Source: Balamuthia mandrillaris (lineage: Eukaryota). Taken from it: a stretch of DNA of 64,000 nt. Position 1 is the stretch's first letter; each line of letters starts with the position of its first letter. A program made the translations under genes and the position numbers. Positions 48,243 to 61,308 of the stretch are shown here, piece by piece. The notes beneath the pieces were generated by a model, which was not told the DNA's origin, searched no databases, and saw only the letters and a program-made list of their open reading frames with translations. The stretch spans positions 1 through 64,000 of the forward strand of contig JAVKOQ020000107.1 in NCBI GenBank assembly GCA_031835245.2, given 5' to 3'.

Positions 48243-49344
48243 AGGCTACAAGAGGTTGGGCCGTGAGGAAAAAAAAAGATACATACGAATTGGAGTTTTG
48301 GTGCTTCAACAAGAGAAGAGAGCAAAGCTGGAATGTCTTCTGCAGTCGTGGAAGCGGCAGGCAGGGACAGCAAAGAGATAGCAGGTACAGCGCTCTCTAA
48401 CACAGACCGTACGCTTTCTCGTTCCCTACAAAAGACAATTACCAATCCAAAGCATCAACAAGAAGAGAGAAGCAAAGAGACACAGTACAGTATAAGAAGG
48501 AAGAAGGAGAATAGCAAAAACAACACGGTAAGTACACGGTACCTGTAATCCTTTTTGCGTTGCTCTACGGTAGTGGCGTCCATTCCTACATTTGACTGAG
48601 ACACATCGATGAGGTTCCTATTTTTGCAAATGTGTTGGCAAATGACATCCAGCGTAGCACAGGAAAGATAAGGAACGCGAAGGGGAATTTGCTGCAAATT
48701 AACATGATACATACTGTGAGGTCTTTTCAACAAGGTTTTTGAGATAGTCACTTTCTCCCTGGCGTCTATCCGTGTATGACGTTCCAAATTTGATCTCCTC
48801 TCTACGTAATGATCAGTTAGAGAAAAAGAGGAAGAGGGAGAGGAAGAAGAAGAAGAAGAAGAAGAAGAAGAAGAAGAAGAAGAAGAAGAAGAAGAAGAAG
48901 AAGAAGAAGAAGAAGAAGAAGAAGAAGAAGAGAGAGAAGAGAGAGACAGAGAGAGAGACAGAGACAGACAGAGAGACAGAAGAAGAAGCACGAGCACGAG
49001 CACAAGAACAAGCAGAACAGTTGACAGACAAAAAGAAAAAGGCAGGGGAAAAGAACAGCGAAAAGGGTGGTAATGGCTATTTTAAAGTGAGGAGCGTTGA
49101 AGGACCTACCCGTCCGAGGCACCCGAAGGACCACCCTGCGCGCCAATAGGCCTACTGCTGGTGGCCTTGCTCGAACCAGGGAACTGAGCGGGCTGCTTGC
49201 TTGCCGTCTGCGCCTGCTGACGCTCCCTCTTTCTTGCCTCCTGCACGTCTGCCCCACCCCAAAAGTTAACATTTTTTTTCTCAAAAAAAAGAATGAGTAG
49301 CGCAGCGAGCGATTACCTCCGCTCTTGGATGAATTGCAACCCAT
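48094..49344 (-). CDS. Hypothetical protein with N-terminal MGC myristoylation/palmitoylation signal, multi-exon
   Basis: MGCNSSKSGG start; exons joined by GT-AG introns with (TTC)n and (CT)n tracts; spliced end ...FMGTCGQELSSAFLDMTVQDCGDLVIPFGSAT*. Confidence 0.6.
48843..48930 (+). repeat. (GAA)n microsatellite (intronic)
   Basis: Directly visible. Confidence 0.95.
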
Positions 49345-50156
49345 TTTCTTAAAAACTGTTTCGGTCCTCTACAAGAAGAGAGAGAGTCGTCCAATCAACC
49401 GAGCCGCTACTTTCTTGCTACTTTCTTTTTTTTTTTTTTTTGGTGGCCCAAAGAACTCTGTGGCTCTTTTTCTACCCTTTCCCGCACAGATGGTGAAGCA
49501 ATCGAACAGAATTTGTGCAGTGTTGGTGTTTAGTTGCTCCCCTTGTGCACAAATGGTGGACAGATTTTTTTCCGTCGACAGGATTTTTTTTTACGTTGAA
49601 AAAAAAAGTAACCCAAAATTTAAAAAAAAAACAGAAGAAAGTGCCTCAAAACTCATCTCTCTTTTTTTTGGCTCAACAACCGAAACTCAATCGGATCACC
49701 GCGACAACCAAAAAACTCATTTCTTTTTTTTTCACCCTCTTTTTCTCTCATCTTTTTTTCTTCCCTTTGTTCTTTCTTTCTTTCTCTTTATTTCTTTTTC
49801 CTTCGCCACCCTCCCTTCTTCTTTTATTGTGGATCTGGAGACACGCAGTGTGTGCCGCTACGCTGGTCGATTTGGCGGTCAACTCTCGCTTGAAGCCCCT
49901 TTGCTCACCAAGAGACAAACACTTTGAAAAAAAAAAACGCCGCCACCACTTTCGCCCAGACCTTTTTCTTTTGTGGAACAACAACTGGCCCAAGGGGGGA
50001 AAGGAGAAAGGGTGGTGGTACTCCTTTTTTTTTTATTATTTGCGCTTCCCTCTCCCCTCCTCTTCCTTCCAGCCTACACACATAACCTTCAATCCTAGGA
50101 TTTCTTTTTTTTTATTTTGAGGCCACCACCCCTCACAACAACCACTGCGGCTGAGA

Positions 50157-50970
50157 ATGGACCATAATGACAACAACAATAACGGAGGAGGAGGGGGAGG
50201 AACTACTGTGGACTATCATCAGCCCGCGGCAACAGCCATGGCTACTGAGGTCTTACTGGCACCCGGCCAGCACCCTTTCAGTGCGTTCTCGCCCGTTCAC
50301 TCTGGGTCCAAAAACGCCCTGACTGCCGGAACCGTGTCTTCGTCATCGGTGTGGCGTTCTTCCCTTTCCTCTCTCTCGCCTCTTTGCTTGTTTCTTTCTC
50401 TCAGTCTTTGTTGGTGATTGTGCTTGGTCTTGATTTCCTTCCTTCTTCCTTCTTCCTAATACTTTGCGAATACGAACCAGCTGGTGCACCTGGTCACTCG
50501 AGACATTTTGAGTCTCTTTCGACGCTGCAACCCAGAATTTCGTTACATGCCCAGTTCTAATCCTCGCAGAGTGCTAACGAAGCCTTCTCAAGGGGTGGAT
50601 AACTATAACTACGACAATGTCAACGCTGATCTCATCCTTTACGTGGGCGACGTTTTAGGTCTCCCCGAAAGAAAGAGGTTACGATCACCCTCGCTCTCTT
50701 TTTTGTAATTGCTCATTCGTACACCTTTTCTTTCCAACAAACAGATACCTCGTATTGGACTTGTTAGGGCAAGGGACCTTTGGCCAGGTGGTCAAGTGCA
50801 AAAAATTGGACACGGGTGACATTGTGGCGATCAAGGTCGTCCGGAATCGCCTCGCCTACACTAACCAAGGCAAATTTGAACTGCAAATTCTTGAATTGGT
50901 ATGTTTGTCAAGTTTCTTTCATTACATATTTCTTTCTTGCTTTCTTGTCATATCTGTCTATCTTGTCGTT

Positions 50971-51013
<43 letters not shown>

Positions 51014-51318
51014 CTCTGACTGACATTCTTTATCTTATTTCAGCTGAATAGTAACTACGATCCAGATACATTCAATATGGTGGAGATGATCGATCATTTT
51101 GTGGACCGAAACCATCTCTGCCTCGTCTTTGAGCTGTTGAGCCTGAACCTCTTTGAGGTCTTAAAGCAGAAACGCTACCTTGGACTTTCTACCAACCTCA
51201 TCCGCATCTTCTTAAAGCAGATATTAAAATCCTTGGAAGCATTGAACGAGTGTGGGCTCGTTCATTGTGACCTTAAGCCAGAAAACATTCTACTTCGGAA
51301 GTACGCCTTCTTTGCTTT

Positions 51319-51359
<41 letters not shown>

Positions 51360-54300
51360 GAAGTGTAACACATAATCCCATTTAATAGCCAAACGGGGTC
51401 TCCAGAAATCAAGGTCATAGATTTTGGCAGTGCTTGTTGGGAGCACGAAACTATCTATACTTACATACAGTCACGCTTCTACCGATCCCCTGAAGTCATT
51501 CTTGGTTGTAGATATACATCGAAGATTGATATGTGGTCGCTCGGTTGTCTTGTAGCTGAGCTCTTTCTTGGGCTTCCTCTCTTTCCTGGTCACAATGAAC
51601 ACAACCAGCTTGCTCGAATCATCGAAATGCTGGGGTAAAGTTCACTCTCTGGCGTCGCTTTTTTTTTCTCACAACTGACTATTACACTCACTCGTACCAG
51701 TGATCCACCTGATGCATTACTGTCAGAAGGCAAGTTTGTAGACAAATTTTATAACAAGTATCCACGAGAGGATGGTACCTTCGCATACCAATTCAAAAGC
51801 GAGGAGCAGTATGCTCAGGTATGTCCTTTGCTCTGCATCATTTTGGATTTTGAGTTGCATACCAAGCGAATTTAATTAATCTTCAACAATTTTAGGAACA
51901 AAATATTTCAGTGCAGCAGTCGAAGCGGTACTTTCCATCGAATGATCTTCATCAAATAATCCAGGGCTATCGCTTTAAGAAAAATCTCTCCCCTGAGGCC
52001 CGGGAAGAAGGTACTTTCTTTCTCCCATTACAAACGTGACGCATAAGTTACTCAAAACAAAAAAAAAACAAAAAACAAAAGAACGGACAAAGCGAGAGAG
52101 CTTTACAGATTTGATTAAGGGCATGCTTCGATTAGATCCAGAGGACAGATGGTCCCCACAGCAGGCTTCTTTCCATCCCTTTATGCTGGGAGAACCTTAT
52201 GGGGGTCCATTCGTCCCTCCACCCATGCCCAAGAAATCCATTCCTGCAGTTCTCGAGCATCAACATCAGCATCAGCAACAGCAGGCAGTCCCTACTGGCT
52301 TTGTACCACTGGGAACCAACCTCTTGGCTTTTACAAATGGTCCAGTTGTAGCAGCAGGAGGAGGGCACCCACCCCACTTCCCTGCTTCCTTTCCTCCTCC
52401 AGGCACAGACCTGGGTGCCTTTAGCCGCGGTCGTGGCAGAGGCGTGAGGGGAGGTAGGGGTCGTGGCGGTCAGCTTGCTGCCAACGTTTCCGTACCAGGA
52501 ATGACGCCCACCAGGGCAGCTGGCCTCCCCACCAGCGTATCGGACCTCTCCCCTGCTCAGCAGAATTATTTGCGTATGATGGCGGCTGCTTCCCAAGCCT
52601 ATACCCACATAAACGCCTCCACTTCTGCTGGGGCTTCCCGGGGTCGAGTGGCAGCTGGTGGTACTGGGGTTGGTTCTCTACGAACACAACAGCAACGGCT
52701 GCATTATCAGCACCATCACCCTCACCATCATCATAATGCGCATCAGCATCATGCCTCTCCTCATCGTTCTACACATCGTGCCGCTGCCACGCTGACTTCC
52801 AGTGGCGGGGTGGCCACCTATAGAGGTCCACCACCTCCCCAACCCACTCTCACCGTTTCCTCGATGGTGGCCCCATCAACAGGCGAGGGAGGATCTCCTC
52901 CCAGCAGTGCTGCTGTTCGCAAGTTGAAGGCACGAGCAAGATCTTATAGCATGAACGCCCCTACATCTCCCCCTCACAGTCCTCCAAAAGCTCAGCGAGG
53001 AAGGCAGCACCTTGGTCCGCCTGGATTCCCGGCTGTTAGTAGTGCCCAACGAGGAGGCGGCCAAACCCGCTCCCATCATCAGCATCAGCACCATCCGCAC
53101 CATCAACAATACCAACAAAGAGGTACTGCAACGAGCGGAGTAGTTCCCTCGTTGGATCCTGGCAATTGCAGCGGTGGTCAATATAGTCCTGCTAGGGTTA
53201 AAAAGGAAGCATCAGGGAATACCCGGCGAGGAACTGGGAATAGTGGCCCATCATCTGGTTCTGCCTACTCTCCTCCTTCCTCCTCTTCTTTAGCAAGTTC
53301 TATATCCTCTTCATCTTCTTCCCCTTCCGCTTCTGCTTCTTCGCCCTCCTCCTCTACACTGACATCACCCAGACGGAGTGGCAATGGGGCGCCTCTGATA
53401 CAAGCAGCCCGGCGACAAATGAGGCGATCTTCAGCGCACTCTCGCAAAGATGGCCGAAATAAGAGCCACAGCCACGAAGTTGTTAGATCCCCCTCAACCA
53501 GTCACAAAAAAAACCAGCCGGGAGGCAACTCACGAGCTAGCTGGAATAACCAACGCCGACAAAAACAACCATTGCACCAACCAGCCAACAAGCGCGACTC
53601 AAGCCCTGAATCCAGCAGCCCAACTCCTCCTTCCTCTCCTTCTGCCTTTTCACCTTGCGACTCCCCTTCCACCTGTTTGTCTCCTCAACAAAGCCCCAGA
53701 TCCTCAGCTGACGCCACTCATAATTCTGCTGCTCCTTCCACTGATGCCATCGGCAGCAGTCCGCCCTCTTCTTTGCTGGTCCGAGCGCTTAATCATCACC
53801 AAGCTTATCACGACCAGCCCTCTATTCAAGGTGAGGCTGGCCTGCTTGCCTCTGGCGGTGAGTCTCTCAGTCAGACTGCCTTCCAGAAAGCCCATGCCCA
53901 ACATCAACATTATCCTCAGCAACAAAAACAAGCATCCCCTCGACGCAGAAAACCGAAACTGCTTTCCGCTGAGCACAGGGAGGCGCATTCTTCTCCCTAT
54001 ACCAACACTAACGAAGAGAAGAAAGCTAGCCCATCACCTGAGCCGGAGATGGAGGGCAGCATGCCTCTGCCGGAGGACTGGGACCCGTTCTTCACCGAGG
54101 AGGAGCTACTTTATCCAGAGGGAGACGCTTCTTACTGTCAATCCACCAAAGACAACTCCCAATTCAGAAAACGTAAACAAAAGACCAACAACCTTAATAA
54201 TCGTAGGAGCCAGCAAACCTCGCCAGCCACGGAGGATAGCGTTTCTGTGCTTGCCGGTCAGCTTGAGAACCACAATCTCTCTGATCAAGGTCTTTCTGAA

Positions 54301-55002
54301 GGGCAACGGTCTCAGCCCATCAGCATTCGGCGTGACGACCGTCACTCTACCGCCGCACGTCACCACAAAGGCAGTGGAGATGCTTACTCATCTTCCTCCT
54401 CTTTTTCTTCATCCTCATCTCAAACACGGGGTAGGAGGCATACCTTCACCTCCTCTTCCGCGAATGCTGGCCCAGCAGACCTGCTTCCCTGGGGGCAGTC
54501 CATCGGCACTCTGCCTCCTTTCTCTCCGGCTGGTGGCAGTGGCGGCGGTGGCCATCACCTCATGTCCACCAACCAACATTCTAATCTTCATCCTCCTCCC
54601 GACCAGTTTCCCTCTGTTATTCCTGCCACAACTCCCACCATGCCCTCTGCTCTGGCAAGCATCACCGCCGCCACCACCCCCTCAACTTCTTCCACCGCTT
54701 TTCCTGATGCTTTTCTTCCTTCTCCTCCTTCTGCTTCGGCCTCCTACGCGACGGGCTTCATGGGGCAGCACAGTATGCTGTCTCTGCCCTCGTCGTCTCT
54801 AGACCACAATGCCTCTATATTTGGTTTTAGCCCTTCTTTTCCTTCTACATTATATGCCCATGACTCGTTTCACCGGCATCCACCATCATCAACCTCTCAA
54901 CAACCTATCCCACCCGTATCCTCTGCCTTGCCTCCACTTTCTTCTCTCAAACAACAACACTCGCCTCGTCGCCACCAACAGCCACCTTCTGGAGGAGAAT
55001 GA
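50157..55002 (+). CDS. yakA: Yak1/YakA DYRK-family kinase with a ~950-aa disordered tail
   Basis: Yak1-type CNPEFRY...[10 protein letters not shown]...YDN...[44 protein letters not shown]. Confidence 0.93.
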
Positions 55003-55276
55003 CATCAAAACCTGCCTTGTTTGATGGTTTTGTTTTTTTGTTTTTTATCGACAACCAACCAACCAACCAACCAAAAAAACGAAGGAAGAACTTGGTTGTT
55101 TTTTTTTCTTCTTTTTTTCTGAACGAAAAAAAAAACAACACCTCCTTTCCCATTATGTGCTTTTACTTTTAATTTTACTCGTTTTATTCAGTTTTACAGT
55201 GGAGTCTCTCTCTCTCTTTTTGGCTTTTTCCGTCTGCAGCCGCATCAAAACGAACACAACACCCAAGAAGACCGGT

Positions 55277-56872
55277 TTAGTCTTTCTTGGAAGGACGAGA
55301 AGAAGAGGACTTCTTCCCGCCAACGGAGGCAGCCGATGCTACGCCCGCAGCAGAGGAGCCATCGGTGGTGGTGGCCCTCTTGGTCCTGGTCTTCTTGGAT
55401 CCGTGCCCCGGCTTCATCTTTCGACGCCTTCGCTTATCCGCCTTGTCCTTGGCCATGCCCGGGACGTCCAGGTCCGAGTCGGAGCTCAGCGCCTCCTCGC
55501 CAAACTCCACTATGAGGCTCTGCTCCATCTCGGCCACCCTCTCCATGGCCTTCCGGCTCCTCTTCTCATCGAGGGAGTTCTCGAGCCCCTCCAGCTTCTC
55601 CCTGGCAATGTCAAGCTCTTTGATGGCGGCGGCGAGGGCCTTGTGCGCCGAGCGAAGCCGCTTCTGGGCATTGCGGCGCAGCCTCTCCTCCTGCTCGAAG
55701 CGGAGCTTGAGGATGGCCAGCTCTTTCTTGCACTTGTAGGCGTTGCGGGCGTCGTTGGCTGTGAATGGTTCGTCTTTGGACTCTGCTGCTGGTGCCACGG
55801 CTGCACTCTTTTCCTCCGCTCTGCCTGCCTTACTCTTTGAGGATGAGGACGAGTCTCTTTCTATTCTGCTGTGACCCTTCGTGGCATCGCCCTCAGAGGA
55901 AGAGGAAGGAAGCTGAGAAGCTCCTCCGCTAGCCTCCGTGGCGCCCTCACGAGGCAGCTGCTGAGGAGGAATGCCGCCGTTATTGGTTGAAGAGGAGAGA
56001 GGCGCCCTATTCACAACGCTGCCTCCACCTGGTGGGCCTTCTTTCCTCACAACACTTCCGGAAGGGCCACCACCGCTCCCACCCCCTTGTTGGCTGGCTG
56101 GTGGTCTCTGCTGTTGTGGTTGTTGGGGGCCTCTTGACCCCGGTGGTGGCTGTTGCTGTTGGGTGGATTGCGAAGGTGGGGGCTGTTGTTGCTTCTCCGC
56201 CCAACTTTTGGCAGGCGGGGCGTTATTGTTGTTGGAAGACTTGGGCATATCTCCTCTCTTCGTGGCGAGAAGCTTCTTCTTCCATTCAGGCACGTACTCC
56301 TCCCCCTGCTCCTCGGCTTTGAGCTGGGGCGGTTGGGCGGGAGCTGCTTCCGTGGAACGTGGCGAGCGCGGCGTCTTCTTCAAGTTGACCATCCATGCTG
56401 GCTTTTGTTGATCTTCTCCACCGCCTCCTCCTTGAGAGGTTGGACTGTCGGGACCACCTGTGGGACGAGGCGCAGAGCTGGTCTTTCGAAGGTTGAGTTT
56501 CCACGGGGCACCGGTTTCCTCCTCACCTTTGCCGACGGCTGCGTTGTTGGACTCCCCACGAGGGGTTTTTCTAAGCTGAGCGGAGGCCCAGGGAGGCTGC
56601 TCCTCGGAGGACTTTTCGATCTTGTTCAAAGGAAGGGATCGAGGGCTCTTTCGCAACTTGAAGTTCTTGAACTCGGCAAGAGCTTCTTTGCCCGCCTCAT
56701 CTGACTCGTCGTCATCGTCATCTTCATCATAGTCTTCGTCGTCATCGTAGTCGTCGTCATCGTCATAATCATCGTCATCGCTGTAGTCTGACCCATCGTC
56801 ATCATCTGAATTTGCGTCCTGTTGTTTCTTCTGCTCCTCCTCGCTGCTTTCGATGTCTGACACGTCGCTCAT
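55277..56872 (-). CDS. Intronless low-complexity protein: acidic N-terminus, repeated W-x3-4-L(R/K)KT motifs, C-terminal coiled coil
   Basis: 531-aa ORF; PWASAQLRKTPR, PWKLNLRKT, PAWMVNLKKTPR, VPEWKKKL; heptad-rich region at ~55500-55730. Confidence 0.8.
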   Translation of the reverse strand: MSDVSDIESSEEEQKKQQDANSDDDDGSDYSDDDDYDDDDDYDDDEDYDEDDDDDESDEAGKEALAEFKNFKLRKSPRSLPLNKIEKSSEEQPPWASAQLRKTPRGESNNAAVGKGEEETGAPWKLNLRKTSSAPRPTGGPDSPTSQGGGGGEDQQKPAWMVNLKKTPRSPRSTEAAPAQPPQLKAEEQGEEYVPEWKKKLLATKRGDMPKSSNNNNAPPAKSWAEKQQQPPPSQSTQQQQPPPGSRGPQQPQQQRPPASQQGGGSGGGPSGSVVRKEGPPGGGSVVNRAPLSSSTNNGGIPPQQLPREGATEASGGASQLPSSSSEGDATKGHSRIERDSSSSSKSKAGRAEEKSAAVAPAAESKDEPFTANDARNAYKCKKELAILKLRFEQEERLRRNAQKRLRSAHKALAAAIKELDIAREKLEGLENSLDEKRSRKAMERVAEMEQSLIVEFGEEALSSDSDLDVPGMAKDKADKRRRRKMKPGHGSKKTRTKRATTTDGSSAAGVASAASVGGKKSSSSRPSKKD

Positions 56873-57332
56873 TGTTTCGTCTTTTGTGTTTGTTTCACTG
56901 GTTGAGAATGACTCTTTTGCTATATACTTTTCCTATTACTACTTTACAGTTGCTGCTACAATACACTGCACTCCCGGAAAGTTGATGCCGCACAAAACAC
57001 AAAAAAAAAGACAAGGAAACAGACAACCCAAACCAACGAAGAGTCGCGTTTCATTAAACGTCGACATGTCTAATTTAGGATAAACTAATAAGCTTTTCGG
57101 GCGGACCTTCCCATTGGCTGCTCTTAATGTCCGCAAAAAAAGACTTTTCCCGCCAAAAATTTTTCCAGCGGTTGCTGGGCGCTCTAACGGCCCAAAGAAA
57201 AAAATAATAACTGTTCACTTTCGCTCTCTTCTCTCTTTCACTTGTAACACACACACACACCACAAGAAGTCTCTCTCTCTTTCTGTCCGTACGTAGCACT
57301 GTACGGACGTTTCGCTGATAGAGAACGGAGGA

Positions 57333-60150
57333 ATGGCTTCTCTGGCGCCCATGTGGTACCAAGACCCAGCATTAGGTCTTGACATGTTTCGCGGAGGCAG
57401 TCCGTATCATGCCTCTCCTTCAGGAGGAGCAGGAGGAATGCCCAGCTATGCTTCTCCTTTTCCTGCCCCCTCTCCTTCACACCCTGTGATGATGCCTTCT
57501 TCTGCACACTACGGCACGGTTTCTCGTGCTCCTTTGCAACCGCTTCCGAGGGCGCCCTCTCCGATCAGCAACCTTCAACCAGGGAGGAGCATGTCTCCTC
57601 CCACTCCTTTGCATCATCGCAACCAGCCACAGTTCTTTGGTGTCTCGGCATCTTCCTCTTCTCCCTACACCTTTAGCTCCAACAGCAGGCTTCATCAGCA
57701 CACTTCTTCCTCCTCGTTCATGTGCAGCCCTATGATGATGCTCAAGTCTTCTAACAACATTACGGCGTCTGCGGAGAATGAACCGCCGCAACAACAGCAG
57801 CAGCAACCACATCAGCCTCTCAACATGTGCTCGCCTCTGGCTGTGTCTGTGGCGGCTTCTCCCTTCTCCTCTGCGACGGAGTTTTCTCTGTTCTCCTCTC
57901 CGCCGACGCGACTGCTGAAGACACCTTTGCCGCATTACTCCACCCCCTCCAGCTTTAGCTACTTTCATCTTCCTTTTCTGTGCACTGGTAGCGATGAACA
58001 ACCGAAACGACTGTCGCTTCCCAGCCCCATCGGTTCTCCTCCATCTTCTGGCAGAGCAGTAGACTCTTCCCCAACTTCTTCGCTGTTCCATTTCGACATG
58101 AGCTGGGGCGCTTTGGATCAGACGTCCTGCTGTTCGACTTCATCCTCTGTGAAGAGCTCGACTGATTCCACTCCGACCTCTTCACAGGAGCCCTCTCCGG
58201 TATCTTCGCAGTCTCCTTCTCCTTCCCTCTCGCCTTTGTCCTCACCGCCATGCTCTCGGTCCAGTTCTCCTCCTTCGTTCTTCTTTGCATCCACTCCCAT
58301 GCCCATTCCTCCTCGTTCATCATCAGCAACATTCGTTTCGGATGCTGCTGCTCATCATTACAACAATGCGACATACTCTTCTCCTTTCGTGGGAGGAAGC
58401 ATGTCATCATGGGAGGAAGCTCATTTGGAGGCTGCTCGTTTGGACTACTCCTTGCATGCATCGGCTTCAGTTGCCTCTTCAGCTCGTTCTTCCTACAGCA
58501 GCTCTCCCACTTTTAGTTCGTCTTGCGGTTGGGAAGATGACCAGCGGGCAATGAGCGACCGAAGCTTCTCCTCTCATTACGACGGAAGCAGTCCTCAGGA
58601 CTCTGGTCGTTGCGCTGTCGTTGATACGAGTGAGCAGGAATCGCTGTACTCCTCTTCTGCCGAAAGCAACGCCAACAACACTGCATCCACTCCAACAACC
58701 AACAATAACAAAGCGAATGGTCAGCATAACGACTGGGACAACCCCAGAGACAAGCAACAGTTCAAGGAGTTTGTGGCGACCTTTAAGCAGGTGGAGAAGG
58801 AGAGCGGAAGCCAGAAGGCTGCCCTCTTTGCGGCTCAACAGCTGTTGAGCGGAGCCGTCCCCTCCAGCCTTCATTGGCGGGTCTGCTTGGAGCTGGCTGA
58901 GGTCTTCAAACGCGACAACATGCCCCATCAAGCCGCCCTATGCTATGAGCGCGCGGTCTATCTTCGCCCTGGAGCCTCTCAACCTTGGTTGGAGTATGCC
59001 AAGCTGTTGGAGGAAATGGGAGAGCTGGACCGTTGCAGGGAGGTGCTGTTGTGGGGCGTTCATCACTGCCCCTACAGCGAGAGCCTTGTAGTAAAGAGCA
59101 TCAAGCATGAAGAGAGGCTGGGCAACATTGAGAATGCGAGGGCCTTGTTGGGCAGGTTGAAGCACTTTTGCATTCAGCGCACTTGGAAGACCGTTATGGA
59201 GGGAGCTTTGATGGAAGCTCGAGTGGGCAACCTGCAAGTGGCTCGTCGTATATTTAAGGTTAGCTCTTCTTCCTTTCTTCTCTCCTAGTGGGTTTTCTGA
59301 TGATAGGCTTCTCTCGCTTTTTCACTTTGATAGTATTTGATAAAGCATGTGCCATGGTATGGTCCTATCTTTAATGAAGCCTTTCGCTTTGAGGAGCGCT
59401 ATGAGCAACGTCCTCTGAGAGCAGTGGCCTTGGTGGAACAAGGTCTCAAGGAGAATCCGCGCTACGGCCCGCTCTGGTTCAGCGGGCTTCGCATCTATGA
59501 AAGATTGTGCCTTGATGCCACATTCTCTCCCTCCTCTTCATCTGCCTCCGATTCTCTCCTCCGTCAAACCGTCTTTCGTGCTCTCAACGCCGTTCCAAAG
59601 GTACTTTTCTGTTACTGCGTTCTCTTGTCTTATAAACTTCCTTTTGTGCTTACCAGCAAGGCAAACCACAAACAAACTGTTATAGGAGCTTGTATGGAAG
59701 ATCTACTTTGAAGCAGCGCAAATAGAGGAGAGAGCAGGCAACATTGAACAAAGCCGCAATGCCTTCAAGCTAAGCGCCCTCAACTGTCCGCCAAACCTCA
59801 TCTGGAAGGTTTGGATAGGTGGCGCCCGCATGGAACTTGCCATCGGCAACCTCGCAACCGCCCGTCGCCTTCTTCGACGTGGCCTCTGCATGGCGCCTCG
59901 CAAGATGAGAGCCACCGTTTTGTTGGAATGCTCTCGCTTGGAGGAGTTTGCTGGAGAGAAGGACGTGGCAAGACGCATCCTGCGAAAGGCGAAAGTGGAG
60001 ACGAAGCACGAGTGGCGCGTCTTTCTCGAGGCTGTTTTGCTCGAGATTCGTGACAACAACCTCGAGGCCGCACTCAAAGAAGCTCGCGATGCGCTCTCTG
60101 TACGTTTTCCTCTCTGTCTCTGTCTCTGTCTCTGTCTCTGTCTCTGTCTC

Positions 60151-60190
<40 letters not shown>

Positions 60191-60888
60191 TGCAACGATA
60201 ATAACCTTCTTTAACTACATCAGATACACACAGGAACGGGCCGTCTTTGGGCTGTTCTCATCCATCTCTACCGATTGAAAGGGCAGCCCAGGAAACAAGT
60301 GGAGGTCTTTAAGGAGGCCCTCCAAGAAGTGCCCAAGTCTGGAGAGGTATGGTGCGAGGGGGCTCGCATCGCCCTGGCGCGCGGCAAGCTCCGCGATGCT
60401 CGCATCTTTCTTGACTTTGCCATCCAGTTCACCCCTCAATACGGCGACTCGTTCGTGGAGTACCTCCGCTTGGAACTGATGGAAAACGGGCCAGAGGCTG
60501 ACCTCTGGTCCCTGCAACAGGTTTGTTCCCTTGCTTCTCTCTCTCAAAGTCAGGGGGCTAATGGTTTGTCCTGCATTCAAATTGGTAGGCATGCATCAAT
60601 GCGGATCCCAACTATGGCTTTTTGTGGTTGCATTGCAAGAAGGGCGTGTTGGACAGCGCGAGGGAGGTGTTGGACCAGGCAAAGGACCTGCTGCTCGGAC
60701 TCCCCAAGGAACGCCTTCCCACCGCACTCTTGTCTCTCCCTCTGTTGGACGACACTGTTGTCGTTGCTTCCGATGTTCCAGCCATCACATCCTCCGCTGC
60801 GGAGGAAGAGAGGAAGCGCACCGAACAGGAAACAACAGCAGCAGCCCGTTGGGCCGCTATCTTTGGTGGTGATCCGTTGAAGCCATGA
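57333..60888 (+). CDS. HAT/TPR-repeat protein with a long Ser/Pro-rich N-terminus
   Basis: WLEYAKLLEEMG, ENARALL, VWKIYFEAAQIEERAG, IWKVWIGGARMEL, FKEALQEVPKSGEVWCEGAR, ADPNYGFLW: half-a-TPR pattern. Confidence 0.82.
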
Positions 60889-61038
60889 GCGTGCAGGCGT
60901 GGACCTTGCACCTTTTTGCAAAAAAACATTGAACAAGGAAGCCATAAAGTTGACTTTCTAACCATTCACAGCGTTACCGCTTTTTGTTTGTACATTGTTA
61001 TTTTTTGTTGCAATCCATTTTGGTTTTTCTATCCATTC

Positions 61039-61092
<54 letters not shown>

Positions 61093-61308
61093 GTAGCTTC
61101 TTTTCTGGGTAGCTTCTTTTCTGTTCTCTTCCTCTCTCTCTCTCTCAGCGCAGTTGGAACCAAACTCTCTTCTCGCTCAGGTAGGCGCTTCTCTGGATTA
61201 TAAACTCAATAAAAACAACTCCTTGAAGAAAATAATAAAAAATAAAGCTCAATTATACATACAGGAAGATAAGAGAGAGAATGCAACCTTTGCTTTTTTT
61301 GTTGTTTG

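Noticed and set aside
53450..54802. 450-aa alternative-frame ORF within yakA
   Set aside because: Shadow frame of Ser/Pro-rich codons (TCT/CCT read as Leu); no independent signal.
57285..57308. Hairpin GTCCGTAC-GTAGCACT-GTACGGAC upstream of the HAT gene as an iron-responsive element
   Set aside because: No CAGUGN loop or bulged C; a single 8-bp stem can occur by chance in 64 kb.
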